Positions 63,660 through 64,000 of a DNA stretch of 64,000 nucleotides are shown piece after piece; within the stretch, counting starts at the first letter, position 1, and every line of letters begins with the position of its first letter. Source of the stretch: Mobula hypostoma. Lineage: Eukaryota. The notes beneath the pieces are model-generated. The model saw nothing but the letters and a program-made list of their open reading frames with translations. It was not told where the DNA came from and did not search any database. The DNA lies in contig NC_086109.1 of the NCBI RefSeq assembly GCF_963921235.1, positions 7,690,001 to 7,754,000 on the forward strand, written 5' to 3'. The position numbers and the translations under genes are program-made.

Positions 63660-64000
63660 GAGGAGAAGATGGCCACGCGACGCAGGGCGCACAGCTGTTC
63701 TGAATTGATATCTATGTGTAACTAGGGGCCATGCATCAATCCGGATTTGATGGGGGACAGCCGTAAAGCATAGAGGAACATCTGGTGAAACTTCTAAAAT
63801 GCCCGCTTCGCTGCCACTGCTATTGTGCGATCGAGAATCTGCAGAGACGAAGGCCCCAAATCCTCGGCTTTGCGTATCACCTGTTGCCAGGGCCGGGGTC
63901 GAAGTGCTCGGCAGAGATGGTGCTCGGTGCATCGGTGTCGGAGAGCTGGTAAGAGGCTCGGAGTTTTTCGGACGGACTCGGAGTCGGATTGCGATCGGAT
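63660..64000 (+). mobile_element. Family Y element, cut by the window edge
   Basis: Starts GAGGAGAAGATGGCC and aligns with the 16469 and 58469 heads. Inserted into the Penelope endonuclease region. Confidence 0.8.

Noticed and set aside
206..63932. Remaining short ORFs in the six-frame track
   Set aside because: Nearly all are antisense or off-frame readings of LINE, SINE or MITE sequence, or cross element junctions. None resembles a host protein I recognise.

Overview
Non-coding vertebrate genomic DNA, most likely from a cartilaginous fish (shark or ray); this is inferred only from the repeat landscape, which includes HE1/V-SINE-like SINEs and HER1-like CR1 LINEs. I found no convincing host protein-coding exon, rRNA, true tRNA gene or CRISPR array. 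By eye (not computed) about four-fifths of the window is nested transposable elements: CR1 LINEs (one young copy keeps an open RT frame of about 410 codons), Rex1/Babar fragments, RTE fragments and several non-autonomous RTE/Rex derivatives, V-SINE and tRNA-CORE SINEs, Neptune-type Penelope elements (GIY-YIG), a Gypsy RT relic, mariner and hAT MITEs, and a 40-bp minisatellite. The most interesting signal is six TSD-flanked Penelope-related insertions that all have a fold-back structure: a tail-bearing arm plus an overlapping inverted arm. Most carry minimal hammerhead ribozyme motifs, and one non-coding family of about 200-230 nt has hammerhead sequence on both strands. Also notable are HDV-like ribozyme folds in RTE-derived elements and a composite transposon made of two inverted mini-MITEs of about 60 bp around captured cargo. 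Element boundaries were read by eye and are approximate unless a TSD is quoted.
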